Source of the DNA: Octopus vulgaris
Taxonomy: Eukaryota
Reading direction: 5' to 3'
DNA: 64,000 bases
NCBI GenBank assembly: GCA_951406725.2
Contig: OX597814.1
Coordinates: forward strand, 21,638,001-21,702,000
The notes beneath the pieces are model-generated. The model was not told the origin of the DNA. It saw nothing but the letters and a program-made list of their open reading frames with translations, and did not search any database. Numbering within the stretch: the first letter of the stretch is position 1; every line of letters starts with the position of its first letter. Shown piece by piece: positions 39,273 to 52,161 of the stretch. Both the position numbers and the translations under genes were made by a program.

Positions 39273-39639
39273 GTTTAAATATTTGTTGTGCAAGATTTTT
39301 TTATATATATATATATGTATGTATGTATGTATATATATATATATACATGTGTGTGTGTACATGTAATTATGTATATGCGTACTTGCGTCTGTGTCTCTGT
39401 ATATGCATGTGTATGCGTATGAGTGTTTGTGTCTGTGTCGCTGTGTGCTCGGTAATTCCTTTTCATTTTACTTTCAATGAAAATAAAGAAAAATCTTCAT
39501 GTCCACAATCTAAATACTGTCCTCTGTGTATTAATTTCTTTCAAACACTTGTTTCGTTTTGATTTCCGATATTTTAATGGGTTTTTATTTGTTATTAATT
39601 TTTCCTTTTTGTCTTCATTTGTGTTTGTTTTTCTTCTTT

Positions 39640-40232
39640 TTCCCTCTCTCTCCCTCTCCCTCTCACACACTCTCTCTCCTACTATCTATCTCTCTTTCTC
39701 TCTTTCTCTCCCTCTCTCTCACTCTCACTCTCACACACTCTCTCTTCTACTATCTATCTCTCTTTCTCTCCCTCTTTCTCTCCTACTAAATATCTCTCTT
39801 TCTCTCTTTCTCTCACTCTCTCTCTCCTACTATATATCTCCCTCTCTCTCTATCCTACAATATATCTCTCTTTCTCTCCCTCTCTCTCTCTCTATCCGAC
39901 TATCTATCTCTCTTTCTCTCCTTCTCTCTCTCTCTCTTTATCCTACTATCTATCTCTCTTTCTCTCTCCCTCTCTCTAGCCTACTATCTAGCTGTCTTTC
40001 TCTCTTTCTATCGCTCTCTCACTCTCTCTTTCTCTCTCTCTCCCTCTCTCTCTCTCCTTCCCTATCTCTCTCCCTCTCTCTAGCCTACTATCTATCTGTC
40101 TTTCTTTCTTTCTATCGCTCTCTCACTCTCTCTTTCTCTCTCTCTCTCCCTCTCTCTAGCCTACTATCTATCTGTCTTTCTTTCTTTCTATCGCTCTCTC
40201 ACTCTCTCTTTCTCTCTCTCTCTCCCTCTCCC

Positions 40233-40265
<33 letters not shown>

Positions 40266-40284
40266 GTCTCTCTCTGTCTCTCTG

Positions 40285-40342
<58 letters not shown>
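39640..40342. repeat. CT-rich degenerate minisatellite ending in (CT)n
   Basis: Recurring CTAGCCTACTATCTA..TCTATCGCTCTCTCACTCTCTC units in a pyrimidine-rich strand. This explains the spurious 297-aa ORF. Confidence 0.9.
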
Positions 40343-40363
<21 letters not shown>

Positions 40364-40947
40364 AAAGTAGATAAAAATGTATTCGAATCGTATTAGTTTT
40401 GTTTTCTGTTGATGCCTAAAGAAGATAACATTTGCATATTGAAAGCGATTCTGGGACACAATATATAAATAAATTATTGTTTTTCACCAGATCTGATAAA
40501 AGACATCTGTCGCCAAACCATCCCGCCAAACCCCTAAATGATCTTGTTCTTTGTTGGTTGTTGTTTTTCTCTCTTTCGTTGATACAGCTACTAAGGCAAG
40601 GGATATTTTGATGACGCATTTTTATCAAGTCAGCTTTCTTCATTCTCGTTGGATAGTGTGTTAAGGGTTAGATCAATATTTGGCTTGACACAGACACACG
40701 CGAATACACAAATAATCACGCACGTACACACACGCGCACGCGCATTTATTTGTGTGTGAAAATAAACGCCGTTGTTGGCAAGGATGAGAGTCCACCATTT
40801 TACATTTTTCTGGGACCAATGACCGGTCATAATAAACTCGAAAACTTTTATCAGAGTGAGAAGACAGGTATTAATACAAATTTACATACATACATACTTA
40901 CATAAATACATACATAGAGATGTATATAGATGCGCACGTGCACACAT

Positions 40948-41015
<68 letters not shown>

Positions 41016-41468
41016 TCACACACACACGCACGCACACACGTACATACTAACATATATATACATAACTGATTGTGATAGGGAAGACATTATATATATATTT
41101 CTTTACTACCCACAGGAGGCTAAACACAGAGGAGACAAACAAGGACAGACAAACGGATTAAGTCGATTACATCGACCCCAGTGCGTAACTGGTACTTAAT
41201 TTATCGACCCCAAAAGGATGAAAGACGAATCTTATAATGTTCAGCTTCCCTGTGAACATTTCTTCCAAAACTAATAAGAAAGAAAATATCTATATACAAC
41301 TTGACTCGGAATCTGCAGCTTCTTCAGACTGATTATAGATACCTTTTTTTTTTACCTGTTATCCTTGTTGCGCTCCGTTTTGTCATTAAGTACCCAAGTA
41401 CTAATTTCGAAACGCTGGAGTTTAGAGATAAAAAATAAAATAAGACAATTTAACATGCATGTAAGAAA

Positions 41469-41981
41469 TCTATATATATAAAACTGTAGTTGTGTGAGTG
41501 TCTGTCCCCTTCGATTTAGATTCCTAACTACTCCCACATTTTGCGGTGCAGTTTAACCAAATTCGGGTATCTTATAGTCGTGATTCATATCGAGCCCGTC
41601 TGAGTATTAGCGCGCGTCTACGATGAGTCTACGATTTTAAAAATAATTTAACATCATTTTTTATTCCATTTTAATGCATAATTTTTCGTGTGTCGATGGC
41701 GGCGGAGTTGGCGTCCATGGTCACACCTGCACCTGTTTGCTTCTCCCCCTTCTTCCCTCCCTCGTGAAGCTGTGGGGAAGGGAGTCTAAGGAAATCAACG
41801 TCGTAAAGCGTTGTCAAGGAGACCAGCGTTCTTTTAGAACAACGACTTCATGGCTTGAAGACACCAAAACAGAAATGGCTAAAAAAGCTCGAATTGGCAT
41901 CTATAAGGGAAGTAACTCTCTAAAAATGCTTATATAGTTATTTCCCTTACAAACCCGAGCAACGCCGGGCGATACTGCTAG
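41469..41981 (+). mobile_element. Complete non-autonomous Helitron (~513 bp)
   Basis: Starts TCTATATATATAAA after an A. Ends with a CCCGAGCAACGCCGGG hairpin, then GATACTG-CTAG before a T. No TSD, as expected for a Helitron. Confidence 0.85.
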
Positions 41982-42638
41982 TTTTATCTGTAGAAAAAAG
42001 CAGTAAAAATATGAATTGCTTTTCAAGACTTCATCATGTCTCTTTTCATAATTATTTTTACGAAACTCCAACGATGTAGTTTTGTTCGTTTATAAGAAGG
42101 ATGTAATGATATTTTTTTAAGCGTTAACACACATACACATAGTTTCTACGATCAGATTATAAATTCACATTGATACAAATAATAATTGATGAACTTGGTT
42201 TTGTGAATAAACATCTAAGTGACAATTTGAAAAGGCTGAGGTTTTCAGAAAAAAAATCAGTCACCTAATACGGTCTGTAAGCGGAAAAGTATAAATATGC
42301 AAGGTTTCTCTCAATTTGGCTTCTGTGATCTATTTTCAATAGGGCTTTGTACTGTTGATAAAAATCATCTCCTTCGTTACAGGTTGCTTTCAAATAATCA
42401 AAAATAGAAGAGACTATACGTATATATATACATACATTATTTTTACTAAACTCCAACGATGAGGTTTTGTACGTTTATAAGAAGGATATAATGATCTTTT
42501 ATTTTAAACGTTAACATATATACACATAGTTTCTACGATCACCTAATGACAACACGGAGCGCAACAAAGATAATAGGTAGAAAAACAATATAAACATATA
42601 ATCAGTCTGAGGCTGCAGATTTCGAGTCAAGACTATAC

Positions 42639-42669
<31 letters not shown>

Positions 42670-42681
42670 CATACATACATA

Positions 42682-43730
42682 CCACACAAAGAATGTTACA
42701 AGTGCCTAGGCATAGATGAAAATGTATCATATGAAGGTATTGTGACTAAAGATAGAGTGACCGAGAATATTACACCAGACTTAAGAAAATATGGCAGTCG
42801 GAACTCTCCTCTTACAACAAAACAATATCCCAAAAGGCATTTGCAATACCAGTGCTAGTCCCAACATTTGGGAGACTTGATTAGTCTGTAGAGGAAATCC
42901 ACTCCATAGATATCGAAACCCGCAAAATCCTGACAACAAATGGGAACTTCCACAGAAACAGTGATATTAACAGGCTCTCTCTAAGAAGAAATGAAGGTGG
43001 TAGAGGCCTGAGATCAGCGCAGACGGCCTTCGAATGCCGTATGGTATCACTCAGGTAGCACCAACTGAACAACAGCAGCAAAAATAAGTATATAAATGCA
43101 GTGCTGAAAAGTGAAGTGAGCAACATTGCACGAGTTGCTTCCTGGTGATCTATATAACTCAAAATAGCTGGGTTCTCTTACCTCAGAGAAGACCTGGATG
43201 GAAAGCACTCAGCATACAAAAAAAGACTATGCATGTGTATGTTGCCCGGAAGCTTGAAGAAGACAGTAGAATTGGCACGGAGCGCAGCCTCTCTTTGACA
43301 CAAGACCACTACATCACATTACACTTTGAAGGCTATGCGTTTGCAATCCAGGAACAGGAGATTGCCACAAAGTGCCTGATGAACAAGAGAGACAGTGACG
43401 CTATTGTAATCTCAAGGTGCAACCACGTGTGTAGGCTGTGTCATGTTTCTATGGAAGACAGCTGTCCTAAAATGTCGTCACTGTACTACCTCCTTATGCG
43501 GCACGGTGTCGTTGCTAAAACAATTTACAATGCCATCCGCAAAAAAGACTATCGTGAAATAAACTTAGAAAATCTCTCTGTTATGGAATACATTCAGAAA
43601 CACCAACTCAAGGAATACTGGTGCAATATTCCCATCAAAACTTCTGTCAAATGTAAACATAACAGGGCGGATATTGTTATTTGGGACGGAGGGGCAAATG
43701 TATGTAACATCATAGATGTCAACTGAAGAT
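42682..43730 (+). mobile_element. R4/Dong-type RLE LINE fragment
   Basis: Homologous to 6900-8510 in the opposite orientation. EGYAFAIQEQEI, CRLCH and CKHNRADIVIWD motifs. Begins immediately after (TACA)n. Confidence 0.85.
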
Positions 43731-44369
43731 AGATTGTTAAATGTTGCACTCCACACACAGGTCCAAACTAGCGTCAGGGTGATTGGGCTGAATTCTAGAG
43801 GGTTTTTCAATGTTTTTCTTATGTTTATATGCATTACAAGTTAACAAAATAACTATATATTCAGAGCTCCATTTCTTTCAAGCGATGAGCTAGAATCGCT
43901 GGGAAGAATGTTCAACAACTGTTTCATCGTGTTTATACGGGACTATCAATTAAATACGGTTTAAATTGAATAAAATACTTCCTACAGAGATGTAACTTTT
44001 ATGAAGCGATATTGCAGTTTATTTATGTCAACCATCGAGACAAAGAGCAGAAATATCAGGATTATTTGCTATTTTAACACGCTCGTCTATGTTTCATATC
44101 TGAAGGTTTTATGTTGTTCACGACTTTCAAAGCTTCTAACTGAGCGCTATATATTTAACTCCTGGAGCGAAAATACAGTTCTCAATGAAATCTACAACAT
44201 TCAGTAAAAACACGATCCTCCAGAGTCTTCCAATCTTTTATAATAGGCTATATATATATCAATAATTTCTTTTGAGATTTCTTGAGAGACTTTGGCTACT
44301 TTTGAATCGATACGGACAATATCAATATCAATATAATATAAATGTATGTGTGTATATATGTGTGTGTGG

Positions 44370-44400
<31 letters not shown>

Positions 44401-44619
44401 GCTTGACATTATACAATGAAACCAGCACGATTCTCGAGTGCAGCACCATAGTATTCTCCCTTAAATATATTCATAGAGGCGGTTAACCTTTGCTTCGATC
44501 GCAAGGGAACGTGCATGTGCATCTGAAACATGAATTTTTTCCGTCTCGTGTCTGCACTAAGCTGCTGTTGAGACTGATGCACCCGCTGTTGTTACTAGAG
44601 GTGCTATTCTTATCGGTCG

Positions 44620-44680
44620 GTATTGTTGTTGCAGCTGCTATTACTGCTGCTGCTGCTGCTGTTGTTGTTGTTGCTGCTGC

Positions 44681-44711
<31 letters not shown>

Positions 44712-44745
44712 CTTGTTGCTGCTGCTATTGGTGGTGATGGTGGGT
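44620..44745. repeat. (GCT)n/(GTT)n trinucleotide tract
   Basis: Read directly from the sequence. Similar tracts at 45835-45915, 48068-48140 and 49880-50020. Confidence 0.9.
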
Positions 44746-44956
44746 AGAACTGGTAGAACTGGCTGAACGTGGGGTAAGCTTCTTTATGGCATTTAGTTAG
44801 TGTCCCTGTACTTTCTGAGTTCAAATCTCGCGGAAATCAACTTTTACTTTCCTTCTTCTGAGGAGAGACCAATAAGATAGAAAGAAACAGTGAGTTACAG
44901 TGAGTTCGTTTGGTAATCATATAAAGCATCTTAAGTGCGAATGGAGTTGTAATGGA

Positions 44957-45406
44957 TGAAGGAGAAGAAGAAGGAGAAGAAGAAGAAGAAGAAGAAGAAG
45001 AAGAAGGAGGAGGAGGAGGAGAAGAAGAAGAAGAAGGAGAAGAAGAAGAAGAAGAAGAAGAAGAAGAAGAAGAAGAAGAAGAAGAAGAAGAAGAAGAAGA
45101 AGAAGAAGAAGAAGAAGAAGAAGAAGGAGAAGGAGAAGAAGCAGAAGAAGAAGAAGAAGAAGAAGCAGAAGAAGGAGGAGGAGGAGAAGAAGAAGAAGAA
45201 GAAGAAGAAGAAGCAGAAGAAGAAGAAGAAGAAGAAGGAGAAGAAGAAGAAGGAGAAGGAGAAGAAGAAGAAGAAGAAGAAGAAGGAGAAGAAGAAGAAG
45301 GAGAAGAAGAAGAAGAAGAAGAAGAAGAAGAAGAAGAAGAAGAAGCAGAAGAAGAAGAAGCAGAAGAAGAAGCAGAAGAAGAAGAAGAAGAAGAAGAAGA
45401 AGAAGA
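44957..45406. repeat. ~450-bp (GAA)n array with GGA/GCA interruptions
   Basis: Read directly from the sequence. Source of the poly-E/K/S/F ORFs. Confidence 0.97.
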
Positions 45407-45575
45407 CTGTATCAATAATTTTTCTGGCTTCGATAAAATATGTATCAGCCAAGTACTAGGGTCGATTACATTGATTATGATATACTTGTGTCAATGTGCC
45501 AGTCTAAGAAATATTCATTGTTGCTTTTGTTGCACTGGAATCTCTTTAGTTGGCTACATACTTTTCCTTCACATG

Positions 45576-45627
<52 letters not shown>

Positions 45628-47365
45628 GTGCGTGTGTGTGTCACTTGTTGCTTAATTCCGGTTAGTTAACCCTGATCAAGTGGATTTATTATCAAAAGTA
45701 TCTCAGCTACGAACATTTTATCTTTTCAGGGGCATATCTAGGACTCACATTATCCAAGGTGTCCTTTCTTTTCTTGATTTGAGAGGCATTTGGTTTCAAT
45801 ATTTAACAGTTTAATTGACCACATAGAACCTCTCTTGTTGTTGTTGTCGTCGTTGTTGTTGTTGTTTTTCTTGCTGCTGCTGCTGCTGCTGCTGCTGCAG
45901 GTGTTGTTGTTGTTTGGCAAAACAATTGAACCCAGAATGCAAAGATTCGGAACAAATACAGCAAAGCATTTTCCCGACGATAATAACGATTTTGTTAACT
46001 CGTCGTCTTGGCTTCTGATTAAAGCAGAAGGGGATTAGTCGATACCACCGCCTCCAGTTCTTGACTGGTACTTTATTTTATTGTAACTGGATAAAAATGC
46101 TAAGTTGTCCTTGGAGGGATTTGAACGCAGAACAAAAAGAACAGGAAGAAGTACCACAAGGCATCCGGTTTAACACTTGCAATTTAGATCATAAAGCTAG
46201 CAATTTTGTTGGGTGGTGGTCAGTATTTGACTGGTACTTTATGTTATCAATCTCGGAAGAATGAAAGCAAAAATTAACTTTTGTAGGATTTGAACTGTAA
46301 AGAGCCAGAACCAATGTGACAAGCCATTTTATCCGACGTCCTAACATTTCTGTCACTTCACCGCCATTAATAAATAACAGTCAGCAGTCTATTTGGCGCT
46401 CTTAACGATTCTGAAAAATCTACAAAGTCAACTCAATAAAAAATCAATTAAATCGATTTCGAATATTGTATTGGCTATCATTTTCTTAACCTGAAGGGAT
46501 GAAAGTAGGGGAAGAATTTAGGCATAAGCCAAACAAGTTACAATTGGTGTCGGTCTCTGAAAAATTTCAGAATTGTTTTTCATTCTTTATAGTTTAATCA
46601 AAATTTTTATCTAACAAATGATTTCACCTGATTAATATTATTAGCAATATTTATTAAAAAATTAGAACATTATCAAATATTATTATTTACGCTATTTTGT
46701 AAGAGTTCATTACTTTATAATTATGTTTAAATATCAATTCATATGTGATTTAATTACATAGTTTTTTTTATCTTTGTTTCCTGGTGGCTATTTTGTTTTA
46801 CCTATGATGGTGTTTCTTATTATATTTCTATATTTATAATTCCATATTAATTTTATTAATTTTCATATGAAATTAATAATTTGAAAATATTTTTTAAAAC
46901 TATTTTACTCTTAGGAATTAAATTCAGCCAATCGACTTACTGGGAACGAATTTGTAATATTATTTAAATATTGATCCTTCCGGCTTTACGTTCGTCTCTA
47001 CGTTCTGAATTCAAATTCGCCGAGGTCGACTTTGCCTTGTATCCTTTCGGGGTTGATGAAATAAGTACCAGTTCAGCACTGGGGTCGATGCAATCGATTA
47101 GCTTCCTTCTCTAAAATTTCAGCCCATGTGCCTATAATATAAATAATTATTTAAATATTGATTAAGGTGGTAGATTTGCGGACTTACTCGGTCAAAATAT
47201 CTTCTGATTTTCGTCCCGGCTCTTTTCATCTAGATTTCAAATCCCACAGAGATCAACTTTGCCTCGTGTATTGGACCTTCAAGGAAGATGATACAAAGGG
47301 ACGGAAGGAGAAAGAAAGGGCGAGAGAGAAGAAATATCTCTAGTACTTAAGAGGTGGCATATTAA

Positions 47366-47595
47366 TTTCTTTATTACCCACAAGGGGCTAAACACAGAGA
47401 GGACAAACAAGGACAGACAAATGGATTAAGTCGATTACATCGGCCCCAGTGCGTAACTGGTACTTATTTAATCGACCCCGAAAGAATGAAAGGCAAAGTC
47501 GACCCCGGCGGAATTTGAACTCAGAAGGTAGCGGCAGACGAAATACGGCTATGCATTTCGCCCGGTCTGCTAACTATTCTACCAGCTCGCCGCCT
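47366..47595 (-). mobile_element. SINE family D variant carrying a distinct 3' tail
   Basis: Reverse complement: tRNA-like head, Meta-like domain, then tail TTTGTCTGTCCTTGTTTGTCCTCTCTGTGTTTAGCCCCTTGTGGGTAATAAAGAAAT. The same tail occurs at 41098-41225(-) and 49585-49715(+). Confidence 0.8.
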
Positions 47596-48339
47596 ATAAA
47601 TTACTGGTATTATACCTAAATACGAGACCACAAAGAGCGACGGAGGAAATACTTTGCGGTATTTCTTCCGACTCGATACGTTCTGAGTTCAAATTACGCC
47701 GATGTTGACCTTGCCTTTCAACCTTTCGGGGTCGATATGTTAAGTACCATTGAAACACTGGAGTCGATGTAATCAATTGGAACCCCACAACACACATACG
47801 CACACACCGACAATTTCAGGCCTGGTACCTATAGTAGAAAAGATTATTATTAATATTGGCTACGAACTGGCAGAAACGTTAACGTGTCGGGCAAAGTGTT
47901 TAGAGGTATTTCTATCGGTTTTTATGTTCTGAGATCAAATCTGCCGAGATCGCCTTACCTTTTATCCTGTCGGATTCGATAAAATTAGTATCACCCAAGC
48001 ACTGTTGTCGATGTAATCGATTTCGTCTTTCCTTAAAATTTTTAGCTTTGTACCGAAATTAGAAAGTGGTAGTAGTAGTAGTAGTAGTAGTTGCTGTTGT
48101 TGTTGTTGTTGCTGCTGCTGCTGCTGCTGCTGTTGTTGTTGAGTGTCGTTAATATTCTGCATAAAACAATTTTAAAATATGGAAACATTTTTCTAGAGAT
48201 TAAAGGCTAAAAACATGACCTAAATAATACAAGCAAGTGTTACTAGCATCGCTATCAAAGAATGTTGAGACTATCACGTCCTGATAGACTATATAGGACT
48301 AAGAACTGAAATATCAGTCTAAAATCTAGTTATATCTTC

Positions 48340-48670
48340 TTAACATCTGTAAATAGTTAGGGCTACAAGCTGTCTCAGCCAGGCTGTTTACAAATTATTA
48401 GAATTAGGAAATTGAGCATAAAGATGCTAAAATGTAGTGAGTCAAGAAACTTTTATTAAACAGAATTACATCCGGTGGAAGACCTAAGGGTAGATCACGA
48501 GGGAAATGGTTGGATAATATCATAATCTCGTTGGTCACACTTGAGTATTCAACCGGGACATTTACTGTGGCCTTTGCTTCTGATAGGCCCTTCTGGCAGG
48601 CGTGTCTGAGAACTTTGACCCCAAGACACATACGGAAATAATAATTTACGAATGTGGATGGATGAGGATA
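48340..48670 (+). mobile_element. RTE-like LINE 3' fragment
   Basis: SGGRPKGRSRGKWLDNII motif. A related fragment at 50020-50325 reads KPTGRRPRGRPRRK*LDNI. Confidence 0.6.
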
Positions 48671-48759
48671 AAAACCTTGTTATATTAATGACCAAGGAAA
48701 GCAGGGAAGCCAACGTAGGATTTAAACGTAGGATTTAAAATAATTAAAGATATATTATA

Positions 48760-49427
48760 AAGATTGTGTTCAGCATGCACCCAATCAGTGTCCGGGCATT
48801 GCCGACTTGTGGATTTATGTCGAACAGCTGCTATTGCATGTAGGACGGACCGTCTGTCAATCGAGTCCATAATGATTGCCCTGCCACCCTCCTTTAATCT
48901 GGCAGGCAAGGCAGTTTTCCTTTGTCTGGTGGCTCTGGCGAAAGAGGTTATCTGGTGGACGAGGCTGAAAGGAATGAGGACAGAAACATTCTTCTTTGGT
49001 AAAGCCTTCCTCGACGTTTTCAAGTTTCACTTGGAAAGGAAAGTGAGGGTGGAGTGGGGGTGCTGTCCTTGAGTGACTTTATGAAAAGTTGAGTGAAAGC
49101 TGAGAAAATTGCTACTACCACCGAGATCTGCACTCGCTGTTGGCTTCAACCGTGATTGAAAAAAAAGGATTTGGAGAGAGCACTCGTCCTTGGTATTCAG
49201 GGTGGTCTTGGGTGGTGAGGTTCCTCGACTATCCCTAGAGGTCAACTTGTATCAGGATGACCCAATTACTATCACTTTTTTCTTCTAGTGCCGAATACTA
49301 TGTATACTTCCGTATTTTCAATGTGTACTGTATGTACTCCCACTCCCGCCATTATATGTAAACCACCTCACTTTATCTCTATCTTTGTATTGTCCCCTTC
49401 ACCCTTCAGCCTGGTAGTAAATAAAAT

Positions 49428-49430
<3 letters not shown>
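48760..49430 (+). mobile_element. L1/Tx1-type LINE 3' fragment
   Basis: IESIMIALPPSF..AVFLCLVALAKEVIWWTRLKG..FHLERKVRVE is homologous to the C-terminus at 59643-59951(-). Ends in AATAAAATAAA before (TCA)n. Confidence 0.7.
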
Positions 49431-49464
<34 letters not shown>

Positions 49465-49935
49465 AATCATCATCATCATCATCTTTATTGTTATTATTAT
49501 TGAGTGAGAGAGCAGTGCTATTATTATTATTATTATTGAGTGAGAGAGCAGTGCTATTATTATTATTATTATTGAGTGAGAGATTTTGCCTTTCATCCTT
49601 TCGGGGTCGATAAATTAAGTACCAATTACGCACTGGGATCGATATAATCGACTTAATCCGTTTGTCTGTCTTTGTCCTCTCTGTGTTTTGCCCCTTGTGG
49701 GTAGTAAAGAAATAGGTATTTTGCCTATCGCTACGTTCTGAGTTCAAATTCTACCGAGGTCGACTTTGCCTTTCATCCTTTCGGGGACGACAAATTAAGT
49801 ACCAGTTGAACACTGGCGTCGATGTAATCGACTTATCCCCTCCCCCAAAAATGGCTCCTCTTGTTGCAAGATTCGAATCCGTTGTTGCTGCTGCTGCTGC
49901 TGCTGTTGTTGTTGCTGTTGTTGTTGTGTTGTTGA

Positions 49936-49969
<34 letters not shown>

Positions 49970-51507
49970 GGTGGTGGTGGTGGTGGTGGTGGTGGTGATG
50001 AGGATGATGATGATGATAATCTCCGAGAGTCTCTCCAGGTCAAGCGGCTGCTTATCCACATTGTGAGGCCACAGCTCCGGTACTACGTACTTGTGACTAG
50101 CATGTTACAGGAAAGAATCCGAAGATGCATTCTTCAAGACAAGCCAACGGGCAGAAGACCTAGAGGTAGACCAAGAAGGAAATAGTTGGATAATATCTAC
50201 CGTCTCGGTCGCGCCGTCTGAACCCAGCCGGAAAATCTAAAGACTAGACCCAATGGAGGAGATTCATGAGGACTTTACATCCACAACCCTCCAAGCAATT
50301 GTGGGTGGAGAAGATGAATGGTTATTGATGATGATGTTGTTATTAATGTTGTTGTTATTTTTTAGGTCCAGGTCAACCTTAACGGAGTAAACCCATGATC
50401 GAAGACGTTCCACCTGAGACCATCTTGTCCTTTTCTTGAGCATTATGTATCTAGAACTACATTATTCGATATGCCTCTCTCTTTTCAAGATGTTACTCTG
50501 TAATTTCAGGAAGATTTGATTTCTAGTAGATCAAGTGGTCACATAGAGCCTCCTTCGTTGTTGACTCGCATAATCGTATTTACCTGTTCCTATATTGTTT
50601 CATGTAATCTTAATAATATCTCACATAGTCGATTCCATTAACACCGTTATATACTATTTAATTACATTATTGATCCGACAGGGTTCGGATGAAAAATAAG
50701 ATCGTCACAGGTGGCGCTTCTATTCAGATTTTAGTTGAACAAAACTAAAAGCTACAGGACATTTAGTCCGATGCTTTACTATTCCATTCACGCCGCTTTA
50801 ATGTAATTTTCCCCATTTCTTTCAACACCACCCATTTATAAGCAAGAACTGTAATCGACTGAATTGAACCACATTATATCATAATCAACAATATTATACT
50901 CCTAGTAATTATTTAATCGACCTCGAATACGGTAAACAGAGCGAAGTCAAACTTGAACTCAGTATGAGAAACGACTTAAACTAAATACCGTAAAATATTA
51001 GTCCAGCATTGTAATCACTTCGACCACTTCACTGCCGCCCGTTTTTACCTTATTATTATGGTCAGTATAATTTTCTATTGATATTGACAGTGGCCAACAT
51101 TTACATTACTTAATCATATTTATTTCTACTCGTAAGTTAATATTTTTCAGTTTACGAATGAATGGAGAATTATTGAAACGGCTTTTGTTTCCTCCTAGTC
51201 ATATGAATCACTCATAGTAACCAAACACAAAAGAAAACTTTCGGAAAATAATAGGAAGATTGCGTGAATAGATATTCAACATGAAAGCAGCATATGAAAT
51301 CGGCAAACTACCACGAGAGCAGCTTCGTATGTTACGCAAGATAGTCATTATGGAGATAGCAAAAGCGTAGTACTTAACATTTTGGTAATTCTGAAGTTTA
51401 ACATTGGATTACGTTTAAGGTAATATGAATTTAAGATGTGTAATGCACATGCAAACATATGCTAAATATATGGTATATATATATACATACATAAATATAT
51501 AAATATG

Positions 51508-51538
<31 letters not shown>

Positions 51539-51589
51539 TCAGTGAGTGAGTGTGTGAGTGAAAGACATGCATGTATACTTTTTTTTATT

Positions 51590-51982
51590 GTTTTACTTGT
51601 TTCAGTCATTTGACTGCGGTCATGCTGGAGCACCGCCTTTAGTCGAGCAAATCAACCCCGGGACTTATTCTTTGTAAGCCCCGTATTTATTCTATCGGTC
51701 TATTTTTGCCGAACCGCTAAGTGACAGGGACGTAAACACACCAGCATCGGTTGTCAAGCAATGCTAGGGGGACAAACACAGACACACAAACACACATACA
51801 TATATATATACATATATACGACAGGCTTCTTTCAGTTTCCGTCTATCAAATCCACTCACAAGGCATTGGTCGGCCCGGGGCTATAGCAGAAGACACTTGC
51901 CCAAGATGCCACGCAGTGGGACTGAACCCGGAACCATGTGGTTGGTTAGCAAGCTACTTACCACAAAGCCACTCCTGCGCCT
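51590..51982 (-). mobile_element. Full-length SINE (family A)
   Basis: Reverse complement of the 20844/37501 copies, including the AGGCGCAGGAGTGGC 5' end. Confidence 0.88.
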
Positions 51983-52161
51983 ATACATACATATATATTC
52001 TTTTTCTTGTTTCCGTCATTAAGCTGTGGCCATGATGGGGTACCACCTGGAGGAATTTTAGCCGAACGAGTCGACCACAGAACTAATTTCTTCTTAAGCC
52101 TGGTACTTATTCTATCGGTCTCTTACGCCGAACGGCTTACATATATATACATATATATATA

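Noticed and set aside
39477-40370. 297-aa Ser/Leu ORF
   Set aside because: Read-through of a CT-rich repeat.
44837-45665. Long poly-Glu/Lys/Ser/Phe ORFs
   Set aside because: Several frames are open only because (GAA)n lacks stop codons. There is no flanking domain or splice evidence.
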